NCBI RefSeq assembly: GCF_036321535.1
Contig: NC_087437.1
Location: 12,340,001-12,404,000, forward strand
Length of the DNA stretch: 64,000 bases
Reading direction: 5' to 3'
DNA from: Camelus dromedarius
Lineage: Eukaryota
The position numbers and the translations under genes were made by a program. The notes beneath the pieces were generated by a model that worked only from the letters and a program-made list of their open reading frames with translations, had not been told where the DNA came from and ran no database searches. Positions 51,201-63,814 of this stretch are shown in pieces. Position 1 is the stretch's first letter. Every line of letters begins with the position of its first letter.

Positions 51201-52892
51201 AGAAGGACTTACATGGACTGCAAAGTAGCTAAAGACCCGGGCCCTTCATCTGATTTGTGCGGGTTTCTAAGAGTTCTGTGTAGAGAGACTTTAGGAGACC
51301 CATACACCTCTGTGACGGGAGGCACAGTGGTAGGTGCCTGAATACAGGTACCTCTTTCTTGGGAGGGAATTCACTGCTTTCTTCATACTCTCAAATGGTT
51401 AAAAATAATAACTGCTTTAGGATAAAATAAGGCAATTCAGGTCTAGATTCCCCACCAGCAGAATAATCAGACCGATAACTGAAACAGTAGAGAAAGAAAG
51501 GGGTTTTTAATCAATTCATGTAATCCTGCAACCTCCCCCTCCCCACCCCTGACGTCGCTTTGAAAAAAACCCAGAGAATCCAGAAGCCACTTTTCTTTTT
51601 CCCAACTTATAGTTTACTTTTAATTTTATTTTGGATTTAGACTGGTCAAAGGCTTTCCTGTCTTCTCTACAGAGATGTAATATAATATGAGCTCCTAAGA
51701 ATCATGGTTTGTTTGTTTTCTTGTAATCTGAAGCAGCTTTTATCAAAAACCTAATTCATGAGGAGACGATAATCATGTGCAGGAAAAAGCAGATCTTCAT
51801 GAGTTTTCTTTCTTTTTTTTTTTTTCTTTTCCTTTAAGACATCAGGATTAGAAAGTATTAGTTTTTCCTTTTGTTTTGCCCCCTATTAAAAGCCAAGAGT
51901 CGATCCATCTTTTTCCCTCATCCTCCAGTCTAGTCTCACGCGTGGGATTAATTAGACAGGACGAATCACTGAAAGAACATTTATCTTTATCCAGGAGATG
52001 GTTTTCAGAATTTTTTGATGTTGTCCTAGCATTTCTAGTTTTTTTGTGGCTTTTTGTGGTGATGATGGGCTCAACTGCCTTTAGTGGCTGGCGAGGCAAG
52101 ATTCGCTTACGTGTTGTGTATATGTACATATGAGAAACATTAATTTTTAATTTACTCTGTTTACCTTGAGACACTGCCAGTGGATGATTCAGATATTCCA
52201 CAGAAAGGGGCTTTTCTTTTGTAATATAGGACACAGGACAGCTAAGCATGTGTTCTTTATTCAAAGTGGAGGATCGGATGGAGGCAGCCAGAGTATTTAT
52301 TTGTCTAGCTTACAAAAGAACTATTTTGATTATGTAAACATTCATATAATTTTATTAAGAGTTGCTACCACATCTTTTCATCTCATGTGTGCTTAAAAAC
52401 TAGGCTTAGTGATAAAGAACCAGCCTGGGCTGTTTCCATGTTCCTTTAATTCAACAACTCACTGTGTGTCTGTGTTTAAGAATCAAATCTCAGGACAGTG
52501 ATTTGGGCAGTGGTGAGTTTCAGCTGGTCTCTAATTTCCTGTCCCAGATGTGACACCACAATGGGAATATTCACGGTTCTCCTCACCTGTCTAGGACTTG
52601 GGTTCCCCAAGGGGCTAGATGCATGAGGTCTGCTAATTCCAAGGAGGAGGAGAGCTTCCTAGCTTCTCTGGGAGGGCTCAGGGATGAAAACTGGAGAATT
52701 CCCTTAAGGCTTCTCACTAACTGCTGTAGACAGCCTGATTCAAGAGATCAGAGGCCTCTCCACTTCTCCCCAAATCATCCAAGAAATCCCAGGGGTTTAC
52801 TCAGATGAAAGAGGTCAGTCCTGATTCCAAACACCAGGAGGGAACTGGAAAATCTGAGTGATCACTGATGTCGCAGCCATGCAGGCTTTGTG

Positions 52893-53075
52893 ACAGGGCT
52901 GCCCTGTCCAGTTGTGCTAACGTACACTGCACAAAGGCAACACATCTAAGGGGAGCCATTCACATCGGGGCTATCATTGACTTGTGCAGTTATTAAAACG
53001 GTTTTCTGGAGGTTGGTATTATGTTGATTTGTGCTGACAAAATCAGCATATTAGCTCAGTTTTAGGTGACATGAA
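52893..53075. mobile_element. hAT-Tip100 (MER91/Zaphod-like) fragment
   Basis: cagggctgccctgtccagttgtgc...cactgcacaaaggc terminus. Confidence 0.5.
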
Positions 53076-53184
53076 AATGGTTGTTATTATTCATGTAGCT
53101 TTTGTTTTTATAACAAATAATTAACATTTAGTGAGCATTTACTGGAGAAAGATGGCTAATTGCTTTTGACCTCTCCCCTCAGGA

Positions 53185-53625
53185 TAGGCTTCTTAACAGA
53201 TTCAGAGGATATGGCAGCTTTGAGAGGGGAAAAAAAGTTGCATCTTCATTATCACTCACTGCTAACTGAAATTTAGGATTATGAATGAGGGCAACCAGCC
53301 ACAATATTACCAACAGCACCTGTGACTTTTTTTCATATCACATTTAAATTGTTACAATGTCTCAAAATACTGTTCATACTCATCATTATTTCAAAGTCAT
53401 GCTAATTGTTACGACCTAACACTAATGTTATTTAATGAGCTAATAAAGAGGAACATCTATTACACCGCAAATTTTAAAATATATATTTTAACTGGCTTCA
53501 AATAAAACTGGTTTCTTTTATAAAACTACATATTTTATCTGATGAAAACTGTTGTGAGAAGGGGTTCCTATGCCTCAAACCTACTGAAGGGTCTGTGGCC
53601 AAAAATTATGTTAAGAGATTTTGCT
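53185..53625. mobile_element. hAT-Charlie (Charlie4-like) element
   Basis: ggcttcttaac start and gagaaggggttcctatgcctca...gggtctgtggccaaaaattatgttaaga end. Confidence 0.6.
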
Positions 53626-54130
53626 TTGAGAGTGTAAGACTAGGAAATATTCATTCCTTTCTCGCTCCTTTTCAAGAATCATCCCCCCACCACCCACAAG
53701 TGACTGTGGAAACGTCATGATAATTGTATGGATCCACCTGAACAGTTTGCCTCTACATCTAATTGCTTTACAATATCATTACAACTATGCGTGGCGTTAA
53801 ATTTTCATCAAATTGATTTTTAGTTCATTCGCTTCGATTTCAACAGCAAACTCTGTTCATTTCAGCAGGCTTCCGAGTTTCCTAGTCTGTGTCTCAGTGG
53901 GATGTGGTTGAGGGGTAGAAGATGGAAAGTGGAGTCACTTAGGAACCACTGCCCTGTCACCGGTGCTTCCGTTCTCACCGCCGCACTGTGGCTGATAAAC
54001 ACGCTCATGAGGAATGATGATGCTGTTTTCTCTGTCCTCACATGGTCATCTGTTCAGCACAAACATGTGCTCCTCCATATGGAAAAGAGATTAAGATGCT
54101 GTGAAATGTGGCACAACTTCGAGACTGCGC

Positions 54131-54233
54131 TTTTGTGTTTCTTTCTTTCTTTTTTTAACGGAGGCACTGGGGATTGAACCCAGGACCTCGTGCATGCTAA
54201 GCAAGCGCTCTGCCAATGAGCTGTGCCCTCACC
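54131..54233 (-). mobile_element. tRNA-derived SINE, camelid Vic-1-like
   Basis: ggaggcactggggattgaacccaggacctcgtgcatgctaagcaagcgctctgccaatgagct; same family as 17644-17785. Confidence 0.9.
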
Positions 54234-55294
54234 TCTGGACTGTACTCTCATGGAGGCAGGCGAGCAGACGTGTCCCGTGGACATTGCTGTGCACGGTGTG
54301 CAGGATGCTCCCGTGTGCAAGCACGGCCTCCTCAACCCAATTGTCTCCTGGTCTGACTGTGAGCAGAGACGCCCGAGTCTCTGAACCATCCACTCCAAAC
54401 TCTAGAAGAAGGAATATGACGTCTTGTCTGATGTCCCCGGGGTTCATTCAGGAAGCCAAGGGTACAAGGTCTTCCGGTACAAGCAGTCCTGCAGGGCCCC
54501 CTGAGGTGGAGGGCAGTTCTCTGAGAAGAATCAAGGGAACCAAAGCTTCCTGTATTGGGGTCAGAAAGGCTTAAAAAGAGGAGAACAAAATGTTTCTCCG
54601 GGAGGCTACCCACCCTGTGAGGGTTGACAGGACATCCCCTCGGTGGCTGGTACAGAGACCTGGGCATGGAGACCAAGCTGGCAGCTCTTTATATTTTCAG
54701 TTACGTACTCAGGGAACGCAGGAGGGCCTTTACCTGAGTGACTCTGTATTAGGCAGTTTTTAGGTGCATTGTCTCATTTTATCCTCAGATTTCCCCTAGG
54801 CTCCACCTGCCAATAGGTCTCTGGTATCAGTCTCCTTTCTGGAATTCCTTTATAGGATTCTAGTCTTTAATGCCAACTATTTTCAGGAGGCCCCGGCTTC
54901 ACACACATAACCGTTTCCTGGCATCTCCTGTGGGGGTCTCGCACATACCCGCCAACTTTGCCCAAGCGGGTCCCGTTCCTTCTCTTCTGCTTGGTCCCCC
55001 GTGGATCATGGCTGAGCTGTCTGCTGCTTCTGGGGCTGCTAGAAAGTGTTTCTCCACCTGCATGATCCCAGTGCTGATGCCAGTGGTGCTAGCACTTGTA
55101 CCAAAGACACTTTCTCTGACTTGGTACTGGTGTCACCTCCACTGTGGTTGAAGCCCGTGGCAGTGGGGACATTGGCCATGGCTAACACAAGACCTCAGAG
55201 GCCAGGGATAGGAGCATAGCATCTTTGTCCTTCTCATCAGGACCAGCACCTTAAGTCCCACCGATATTCTGAAATTCTGAATGTTCTGAAGCGC

Positions 55295-56148
55295 TGCTGG
55301 GTTTCTAGTTCAAGATGGTAGTTGGAACACAGGCAAAAATCAACTCCTGGGCACACTCCTCCACAAAATGAAGAAATACGAGCTATAACTCAGACGTATT
55401 CATGTGCCACAGCAAAACATGAAGAGGGTGTATGTTCCACTAAGTAGAAGTAGAGAAAGCAGGCAAGACCTCATGTTATCAGCAGAAGGTGGCCATAGAG
55501 CTGCGAGTGACTCAGCACCTCCTGAGCCAGCCACACACAAGGCCATCTCACCGCCAGGCCGTAAGAGGGGGACTCACGGGGAGGGGGGCCCTGTGGAAGG
55601 TGAGCGCCAAACTGAGACCAGGACCTGAGTGACCTCAACCCCACAGCAAGGAAACTGCGTGGTCAGCAAATGCAAAAACTAATGCCAGATGACATAGGAA
55701 TGTTCAAATAATTTTAACTTTTAAATTAAAAAAAAATACTTAATAGCCTCAGAGAGCCAAAGGAAGGAATCCCATCACTAAAATCAAGATACGTTATATT
55801 TGTAAAAGAACAGATTTGTTTAAAAAAAAAACTCAGAGATCTTAGAAACAAAAAATATTATTATTACAGTTAAAACTTCAGCAGATAAGCTGAACAGCAC
55901 ACTGGACTCAAGTGAAAGATAAACCCTTGAGCTGGAAGGTAAATAATGAAATAGGAAGTGTTAAAAAAAAATGGTTAAGAAACCTGAGGAAAAATCCAGA
56001 ACTTCCAACATTCCTCTAATAAATGGTATGAAAGCAGAAAATAGAAAACATGAAAAAGAGAAGAAATAGTGGCCATGAATTTTTTAGGAAATGAGTCCTC
56101 AGATGAAGGGTCCACAAATGCCAAATTGAATAAATAAAAGTGAGTCAT
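55295..56148 (+). mobile_element. Ancient L1/HAL1 5'UTR and ORF1 remnant
   Basis: ttctagttcaagatgg start; aaaacttcagcagataagctgaacagcacactggactca...gagctggaag resembles L1 ORF1 coiled-coil coding sequence. Confidence 0.55.
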
Positions 56149-56872
56149 AATCAAAATGAGATATTACATCACACTCATTAAGGAGGCTAAAACCAAAAAG
56201 TCCGACAATGACGAGGATGAGCAAGCCACTGGAACCCTCATACACTGCGGTGGGAATTTTAAGTGGTGCAACAGCTTTGGAAAACAGCCTGGCAGTTCTC
56301 ACAAGGTTAAGTGTAGAGGAAGCATATGGACCAGCAGTTCCACTCCTCAGACCGAGCCGAGAGGACTGAAAATAGGTTCGTGTGAAAACGTGAACATGGA
56401 AGTTCACACAGCATTATTCGTAACAGCCAAAAAGTAGAGACAACCCAAATGTTTACCACTTGTGAATAGATAAGCAAATGTGGATGAATGGATAAACATA
56501 AAGCGGAATATTATTCTGCCATAAAAAATAAAGTTCTGACACCTGCCACAACATGGATGAACCTTGAAAACATCACCTTACGTGAGAGAAGCCAGTCACA
56601 AAAGGCCACCATATTATATGAGCCCATTTAGACAAAGTGTCCAAAATAGACTAAGATGACAAAAAAGTAGATGAGTGGTCACCAGGGGCCGTGACAGGAC
56701 AAAATGGGGAGTCACTGTTAATGGACACAGGTTTTCTTTAGGGGATAATAAAAAAGATCGTGGTGATGGTTGTGCAACTTTGTGAATATACTTACAGCCA
56801 CCAAACTTACCTTAAGAGGGTAAATTTTATGTTAGATGAATTACATCTCAATTAAACTATTTGAACAAAAAA
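56148..56872 (+). mobile_element. L1MB/ME 3' end
   Basis: MRYYITLIKEAKTKKSDNDEDEQATGTLIHCGGNFKWCNSFGKQ (ORF2 end) and 3'UTR ending atgaattacatctcaattaaa. Confidence 0.9.
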
Positions 56873-57234
56873 CTGAGTCCTCACCAAAGCTGGGCAGAGG
56901 TCACAGTGTAGGGTCCTGTGGAAATAATTTCTCTCATGCCACATCACTGTGTGGTTTGGGTGTTCAGGTGCTGTTCTCCAAGTCACAGAATTTGTATGTA
57001 AGAGAGAGAGAGAAATAGCTTGTGTGGCATCTTCTTATCTCTTCCATCCGTGGGTTCTCAGAGGCCAGCCTCGTAGATGGTCTGAACAGCAGGCCGGATG
57101 CCTTCCTTGTGATGGCTCTGAGTTCCATGCCCAGCGGAGCCTGCATTCTTTCCCAGGAGGCTCCGTGGCCCCTTCCACGAACAGTCCCCCAGCAGGCACA
57201 GTGGTCCAGCCCCTGAGCCTAGGACTCTTAGAAC

Positions 57235-57372
57235 TTTGGGAGGTAACATTATCTCCATTTGCAGATGAGAAAACCCAAGCTCAGAGAGGTGGTGGCTCAA
57301 GAAATCCAGAAAACTGGCACTGGTGTTATCCTCATGAGTTTGCCAACCCCCTTTAATCTGACTCTCCAAGTG
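57235..57372 (-). mobile_element. MIR SINE
   Basis: tatctccatttgcagatgagaaaacccaagctcagagagg...tctgactctccaag. Confidence 0.75.
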
Positions 57373-58184
57373 CTCGTACCAGCGAGCCCTTGTTGAGCAA
57401 ACTTGTCACGGGCCTTTCCGCTCAGTAATAACTACAACTAAGCTAGAACATGATCGTTGACAATGTAAGCAAAGCGGAGCTTCAGTTAACTTTGTGTGCT
57501 CACCCAAAGACTCTGTGAACCAGAGGCCCTGATGGACGGGCGCCCCAGGGAGGCCTGCGTCCTGTCTGACTTCAGGTTTTCCCTCTCATCGCCCAGGACC
57601 TCAGCTGGGCAGACACCCCCCAGCACCCACCGCCCGGCTGAAACCGCATCAAGTACAAGTGATTTCTTTTCTTTTCCGCTTGGTAGTGTTCACCGTCTCT
57701 CCCCCCTTGTAAACGGGGTTTTTTAGATGCTCAGGTTTCCCTTCCTGTGAAACTTGGATACAATAACAACTTACCACAATCACTGGCAGAATCTCAGCAG
57801 AGATACTTTTGAGCCCTGTGGAGCCACCGCCAGCCTGGAAGAATGTTTTTATTTTGTTTTGCTTGGTCTTGGTTTGTTTCTTAATTGCAGACTGCAGTGT
57901 CCTGGGTTCAAGGATGAACTGTGACTGTGGGTGGGCCACTGGTTTAACAAGGCTTGTGAACACTGCCAGGTCACCACCAAGACAGTCCTGAGGCTTGGTG
58001 GTACCTGGTGTGGAAAAGAACACAGAACAGCTCTAAAGTTCCAGAACAACTTAAAACATGGTAGTTCCTCCTAGGTCACCTCCACCACAGGCACCTGGAG
58101 ATCTGACAAAAGATACATTTAACCCCCTTGACCTCAGTAATATAGGACATGCATACCTTTTCTTTGCTAACCTTAAAAATAAAA

Positions 58185-59422
58185 TATCCTTCTTAGATCT
58201 GTCTCCTAAAGCAAAGGAAATAAAAACAAAAATAAACAAATAGGACCTAGTAAAATTTAAAGACTTAAAAGGAAACTGTCAAGAAAACAAAAAGACAGTC
58301 TACTGAATAGGAGAAAATATTTGCAAATGATAATGACCCATAAGGGGTTAATATCCAAAATATATAAACAACTCATACAACTCAATGTCAGAAAAAACCA
58401 ATCCTGATTGAAAAATGGGCAGAAGACCTTCAAAGAAGATATACAGATGGCCAACAAGCATACGAAAAGATACTCAATATTACTAAACATCACAAATCAA
58501 AGCCACAATGAGATGTCACCTCACACCTGTCAGAATGGCCATCATCAAAAAGATAACAAATAATAAATGTTGGTGAGGATGTGGAGAAAAGAGAACCCTC
58601 GTGCACTGTTGGTGAGAATGTAAATTGGTGCAGCCACTGTGTAAAACAGTATGAAGGCTCCTCAAAAGATTTAAGATAGAACTACCACATGATCCAGAAG
58701 TTTCACCCCTGGGTATATATATCTGAAGAAAACAAAAACACTGGTTCGAAAAGACACAAGTATCCCAATGTTCAAAACAGCATTATTTACAATAGCCAAA
58801 ATGTGGAAGCCAAAAGATGGAACCTAAGTGTCCATCAATAGAAGAATGAATAAAAAAGATGTGGGGTGTATATATATATATATACACAATATTATATTAG
58901 TTTCAGGTATATGACATAGTGATTCAATATTTTTATAGATTATACTCCATTTAAAGTTATTATATACACACGCACATACACACAATAGACTGTTACTCAA
59001 CCACAAAAAAAAAATGAAATTCTGCCATTTTCAGCAATGTGATCGACCTGGAGAGTATTATGCTTAGTGAAATAAGCCAGAGAAAGACAAATACTGTATG
59101 CTATCACTTATATATGAAATCTAAAAATTAAAACAAATGAATGAATATAGCAAAACAGAAACCAGCTCACAAGTGAGTGGTTACCAGTGGGGAAAGGGAG
59201 TGGGGGAAGGGCAATATAAGTGTATGGGATTAAGAGGTACAAACTATTATTTATAAAATAAATAAACTATGAGGATATATTGCACAGCACAGGGAATATT
59301 GCCAATATTTTATGATAACTTTAAATGGAGTATTATCTATAAAATTATTGAATCACTATGCCATACACCTGAAACTAATATAATATTGTAAATCAAGTAT
59401 ACTTCAATTAAAAAGAAAAAAA
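58185..59422 (+). mobile_element. L1 (L1MA9/10-like) ORF2 end, 3'UTR and A-tail
   Basis: gaagatatacagatggccaacaagcat...cacctcacacctgtcagaatggcc...gtatacttcaattaaaaa. Confidence 0.92.
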
Positions 59423-60339
59423 GATGGAGCCCATAGGACTTGTGGAAGATTATTCCAGTGATGGACTACCAACTGGAACTGATGAAAGTCCAGAAGAGTG
59501 AAGATGAGACTTGAGTTAGGAAGAAAGAGACCCTCTTAGGCTGTCTAAGGGAGTAGTACCAGAGTCCTGTAGTTATGATGGATGGAACACAGAGGTGGGT
59601 ATCTTTGGGGTCATGGGCAACTGGAGAGGATTTAAAGGACACTTAGAGCAGGAGGAGAGGCTTGAACAAAGATGTGGGAATGGAACGAACATTTAACGTC
59701 AAGGAAAGAGGAGACTAGCAGAACTGGATAATGCAGCTTTGCCGGGAAGCAGTGGAAGTGAGACAGAGAAGTCAGGTGCAGCTGGGGTTTGGGAAGCCTT
59801 GACTGCCGGCCACACTGACTCCTGCCCAGTAGTGTGCTGGGGGTCCGGACATTTGGCTTCCAGGTTTAGGCATGATCTGTGCATCACAGGAGAGGCCACC
59901 TCCATTTGTGAATGTCAGGAAAGTTGCAAAAGTACTACCAGGGATATGTTATGAAAGCTCTCAGATCTTAAAATTAGCATTGGGTCATCCAAAATTTACA
60001 GATTAGTCATTTATAGGAACACTACTTTAACTTCACATTTGGACTATGGAACTCATCTTCTGTGTGGTTTAATAACCTAATGCAAACTCAATGTGTGCTT
60101 TTGGTTATATAAGTAATATAACAAAACTCTATTGTGCATACGTACGATTTACTCTATCTACGTTTCTGGGTGCTCCCAGAGTCTACACTTGTATCCCCTA
60201 TTCAGGGTGCACATACAAAGCCATTTATACTCCACTTCATAAGCAATTAAAGGATTTATCAAGAGTAATATTTTTCTATTCTTAATTTTTCCTTGGATAT
60301 TAGTCCATAAACCTTGAATAAGATTCAGGTTTGCTCTAA

Positions 60340-60535
60340 GCACTGATTCACAGTATTGGCTGCACATTGGAATCACCAGGGGAGCTTTAAAAACTTCTGA
60401 TGCTTGGGCCCTTCCCCCGAGATTCTGACTTAATTGACCTGGGATGAGGCCTGGGTGTCATTAAATCATTAAAGAAGATCATTAAAATCTACTAGAGTGA
60501 CTCTAATGTGCAGCAGACTTTGAGACATATTGCTT
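60340..60535. mobile_element. MER5A hAT-Charlie MITE
   Basis: ggctgcacattggaatcaccaggggagcttt...agattctgacttaattg...gtgactctaatgtgcagcagactttgaga. Confidence 0.85.
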
Positions 60536-60571
60536 TGAGTTTATTTTGCTTATTTTAACAATATATATATA

Positions 60572-61427
60572 TTTTAATTGAAGTATAGTTGATTTATAAT
60601 ATTATATTAGTTTCAGGTGTACAACATAGTGATTCAATATTTTTATAGATTTAAAGTTATTAAACTCCATTTAAAGTTATTTTAAAATATTGGCAATATT
60701 CCCTGTGCTGGACAACATACCCTTGTAACTTATTTATTTGATACATAGTAGTTTGCATCTCTTAATCCCCTACCCCTATCTCGCCCCTCCTCTCTTCCCT
60801 GTCCCCACTGCAGCCACTAGTTTGTTCTCTATATCTGTGAGATATATTCAGTAGGTTTTGTTATATTCAATAGGTTGTTTTGTTTCTTAGATTTCACCTG
60901 TAAGTGATAACATACAGTATGTCTTTCTCTGACTTACTACACTAAGAATAATACCCTCTAGGTCCATCCACATTGCTGCAAATGGCAGAATTTCATTCAT
61001 TTTTTATGACTGAGCAATATTTTATTACATATATGTGTGTGTGTGTGTGTGTACCACACCTTGTTTATTCATTCATCTGTTGATGGACACTTAGGTTACT
61101 TCCATATCTTGGCTATTGTTAACAGTGCTGCTATGAACATTGAGATGTGTATATCTTTTCAAATTAGTGTTTTTGTTTTCTTCAGATATGTACTGAGGAG
61201 TGGAATTGCTGGATCATATGGTAGTTCTATTTTTAGTTTTTTGAGGACCCTCTATACTGTTCTTCTGCACCAGTTTACAGTGGTGTAGCAATTAATATTC
61301 CCACAAACAGTGTACAAGTGTTCCTTTTTCTCCATATCCTTGCCAGCATTTATTATCTATTGTCTTTTTGATGCTGGCCATTCTGGCAGGTGTGAGGTGA
61401 CATCTCACTGTGGGTTTGATTTGCATC
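60572..61427 (-). mobile_element. L1, same subfamily as 58185-59422, opposite orientation
   Basis: ttttaattgaagtatagttgatttataatattatattagtttcaggtg... through gtgtgaggtgacatctcactgtgggtttgatttgcat. Confidence 0.92.
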
Positions 61428-61449
61428 TACGAGCTCCATCTTCAAAGTC

Positions 61450-61695
61450 CTCTGAGATCTTCCCGCTACTTCCCACCTCCACAGGCGCAAGGCAGTATTT
61501 CATCTGATCCCATCTTGGTTGTTGTCATCATCACTCAATAAGGCTCCCTGCTTCCACTCTTGCCCTTGCAGAATGGCTTCCAGAATGATCCTTTTCGACT
61601 ATAATTCTAGTCAGGTCACTGCCTTATTCAAAGCCTTCCATTGGCTCCCATCACCCTTAGGATGAAATTCAAAACCCACCACAATCTGCCAAGAC
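61450..61695 (+). mobile_element. L2 fragment
   Basis: ctccctgcttccactcttgccc...ccagaatgatcctttt...caaagccttccattggctcccatcacccttaggatgaaa. Confidence 0.7.
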
Positions 61696-61811
61696 ACAAG
61701 AGTCTTCACAGAGTTTTACTATTCATACTAATAACAACAGCTAACATTTAACAAGTGTTTATACGAGGCACTGTTCTAAGCCTTTTGTTTTACATGTTAA
61801 AAACCTGAAGC

Positions 61812-62355
61812 AAAGACATGGGAACAACCTAAATGTCCATTGAAAGATGACTGGATGAAGAAGCTGTGGTATGTTTATACAATGGACTACTACTCAGCCA
61901 TAATAAAAGAATAAAATGCTATTTGCAGCAATATAGATGGACCTGGAGATTGTCATTCTAAGTGAAGTAAGCCAGAAAGAGAAAGAAGAATACCATATGG
62001 TATCACTCATATGTGGAATCTAAAAAAAGAAAAAAGAAGACACTAATGAACTCATCTACAAAACAGAAACAGACTCACAGACATAGTAAACTTATGGTTA
62101 CTGGGGGGAAGAGGGTGGGAAGGGACAAATTGGGAGTTCGAGATTTGCAAATATTAAATACTATGTATAAAATAGATAAACAACGAATTTCTTCTGTATA
62201 GCACAGGGAACTGTATTCAATTTCTTGTAGTAACCTACAATGAAAGAGAATATGAAAAGGAATATATGTATGTGTATGTATGACTGAAACATTATGCTGT
62301 AACCAGAAGTTGACACAACGTTGTAAACTGACTACACTTCAATTAAAAAAAGAAA
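61812..62355 (+). mobile_element. Young L1 3' end inserted into a minus-strand MIR (61735-61811 and 62356-62430)
   Basis: aacaacctaaatgtccattga...gacacaacgttgtaaactgactacacttcaattaaaaaaa; degenerate TSD aaacctgaagca / aaactgaggca is the MIR core. Confidence 0.88.
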
Positions 62356-63779
62356 GAAACTGAGGCACAGAGACCAGGAGACTCACCAAGTACAGCGGCA
62401 GTCAGCAGTGAGACAGGGTTTGAACTTGGACCGCCCACTGGACCACGGCCCCCACATGTAGACAGGGGCCATACTCAGATGTGCTGCAACCCACACTGTC
62501 AGACCCTCATTGTAATTTCAAATGTTTCGGTGAGGAGCCCAGCACTATTTGTTTTCTTATGTTTGCAAATGCATCAATGTGTGACTTTAACTGTAGGCAG
62601 AAAGGTTTTAAGGGAGGAAAAAGAGAAAAAGGCTGGAGCCTGAATTAATTAGGGAAGCCCCGTCGCTCAGACAGCAATGCCCCAGAGCCAAGCTGGAAGC
62701 CAAGAAATTTGCTTTAAAAACATGATCTCTCCCAAGCTGAAGATTACGTCAAATATAGGGTGATATACCACCCAAAAGGCAAAACCACAGTTTGCTTGTT
62801 TAAAGGCTGTTTTAGGTTGGGTTGGCTGCCACTCAGAGCTATATACCACAAGCCATGGGGCTGCAGTTTCTAGACCAGGGTTGGAAAGTCATCGGGAGAA
62901 GAAGTGCTGTGGTCCTCCCTGCCCGGAGGCTCTGCACCTATAGAAGGAGTGCCCGGGCAAACTGCTGGCCACTGGCTTTCATTATAGCCTCCGCCGGGCA
63001 GTCGGGTCCAACACGCTCCCTACCTCGTGAGGGGGGAGAAAACCCCTTTGCTGAGCAGCACATAGAGCTTGGGCTTCAACCAGAATCCCCTTAGAAAGAG
63101 GACAGTGTCCCCCAGGCATGTGGACAGCAGGGATGGAGAAGGGTCTTGAGCATCCTGGGAGCGGTGTAACTCAAGGGTCAGGAGTGGAAGGCAAGTGTGG
63201 GTTGTTTGAAGCAGTCACACATTTCAGGTGGTCAACCCGCCTCGTCCCCATCTTGTCCCGAGGGCCCAAGTCGACTCTGCTATGTGGGTGACACGCAGGC
63301 GGCCTACATGGAACCTGGTTGCAGTTGGGTAAGAGAGTTTAGGAGGCTTAGCTGGCCCCTCCCCTACTCTGTTACACACAGTTGTTATCTGAAACCATCG
63401 GCCATTACACTACAGGAAGAGCAGCGCCCGTGTTTTTGGCAACAGGGGAGTGAGCAGGAGTTGGGTTTCTCTGATCAGGTCTCCAAGGCAGGCCGGCTGC
63501 CCCCCAGGAAGGCCCGGTATCCCTGTCCTCTGCGTGAACCTGCCTGAAAAGGATCCAGGAGTTATTGGGTAATCAGGACTTGTCAGCACCTCGGTTATGC
63601 AGGATGGTTCAATCCGATAATGTGAATGGAACCTGTAATAGTGCTGATGAAAAGCGCTCCGGTTTCAAAAGGGCCTTGAATGATTTTTTGTTCATTTTCT
63701 GTTTACATGTAATGTGTTATTGATGTCATTACCTTATAATACGGCAGCTTGTTTCATAGAAAAACCAGAAATTATTCAT

Positions 63780-63783
<4 letters not shown>

Positions 63784-63812
<29 letters not shown>
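63784..63812. repeat. Poly(A) run of 29 nt followed by a purine-rich tract
   Basis: Direct reading. Confidence 0.95.

Positions 63813-63814
<2 letters not shown>

Noticed and set aside
54101..54574. 157-aa ORF
   Set aside because: It runs through the SINE (ALGIEPRTSCML); chance ORF.
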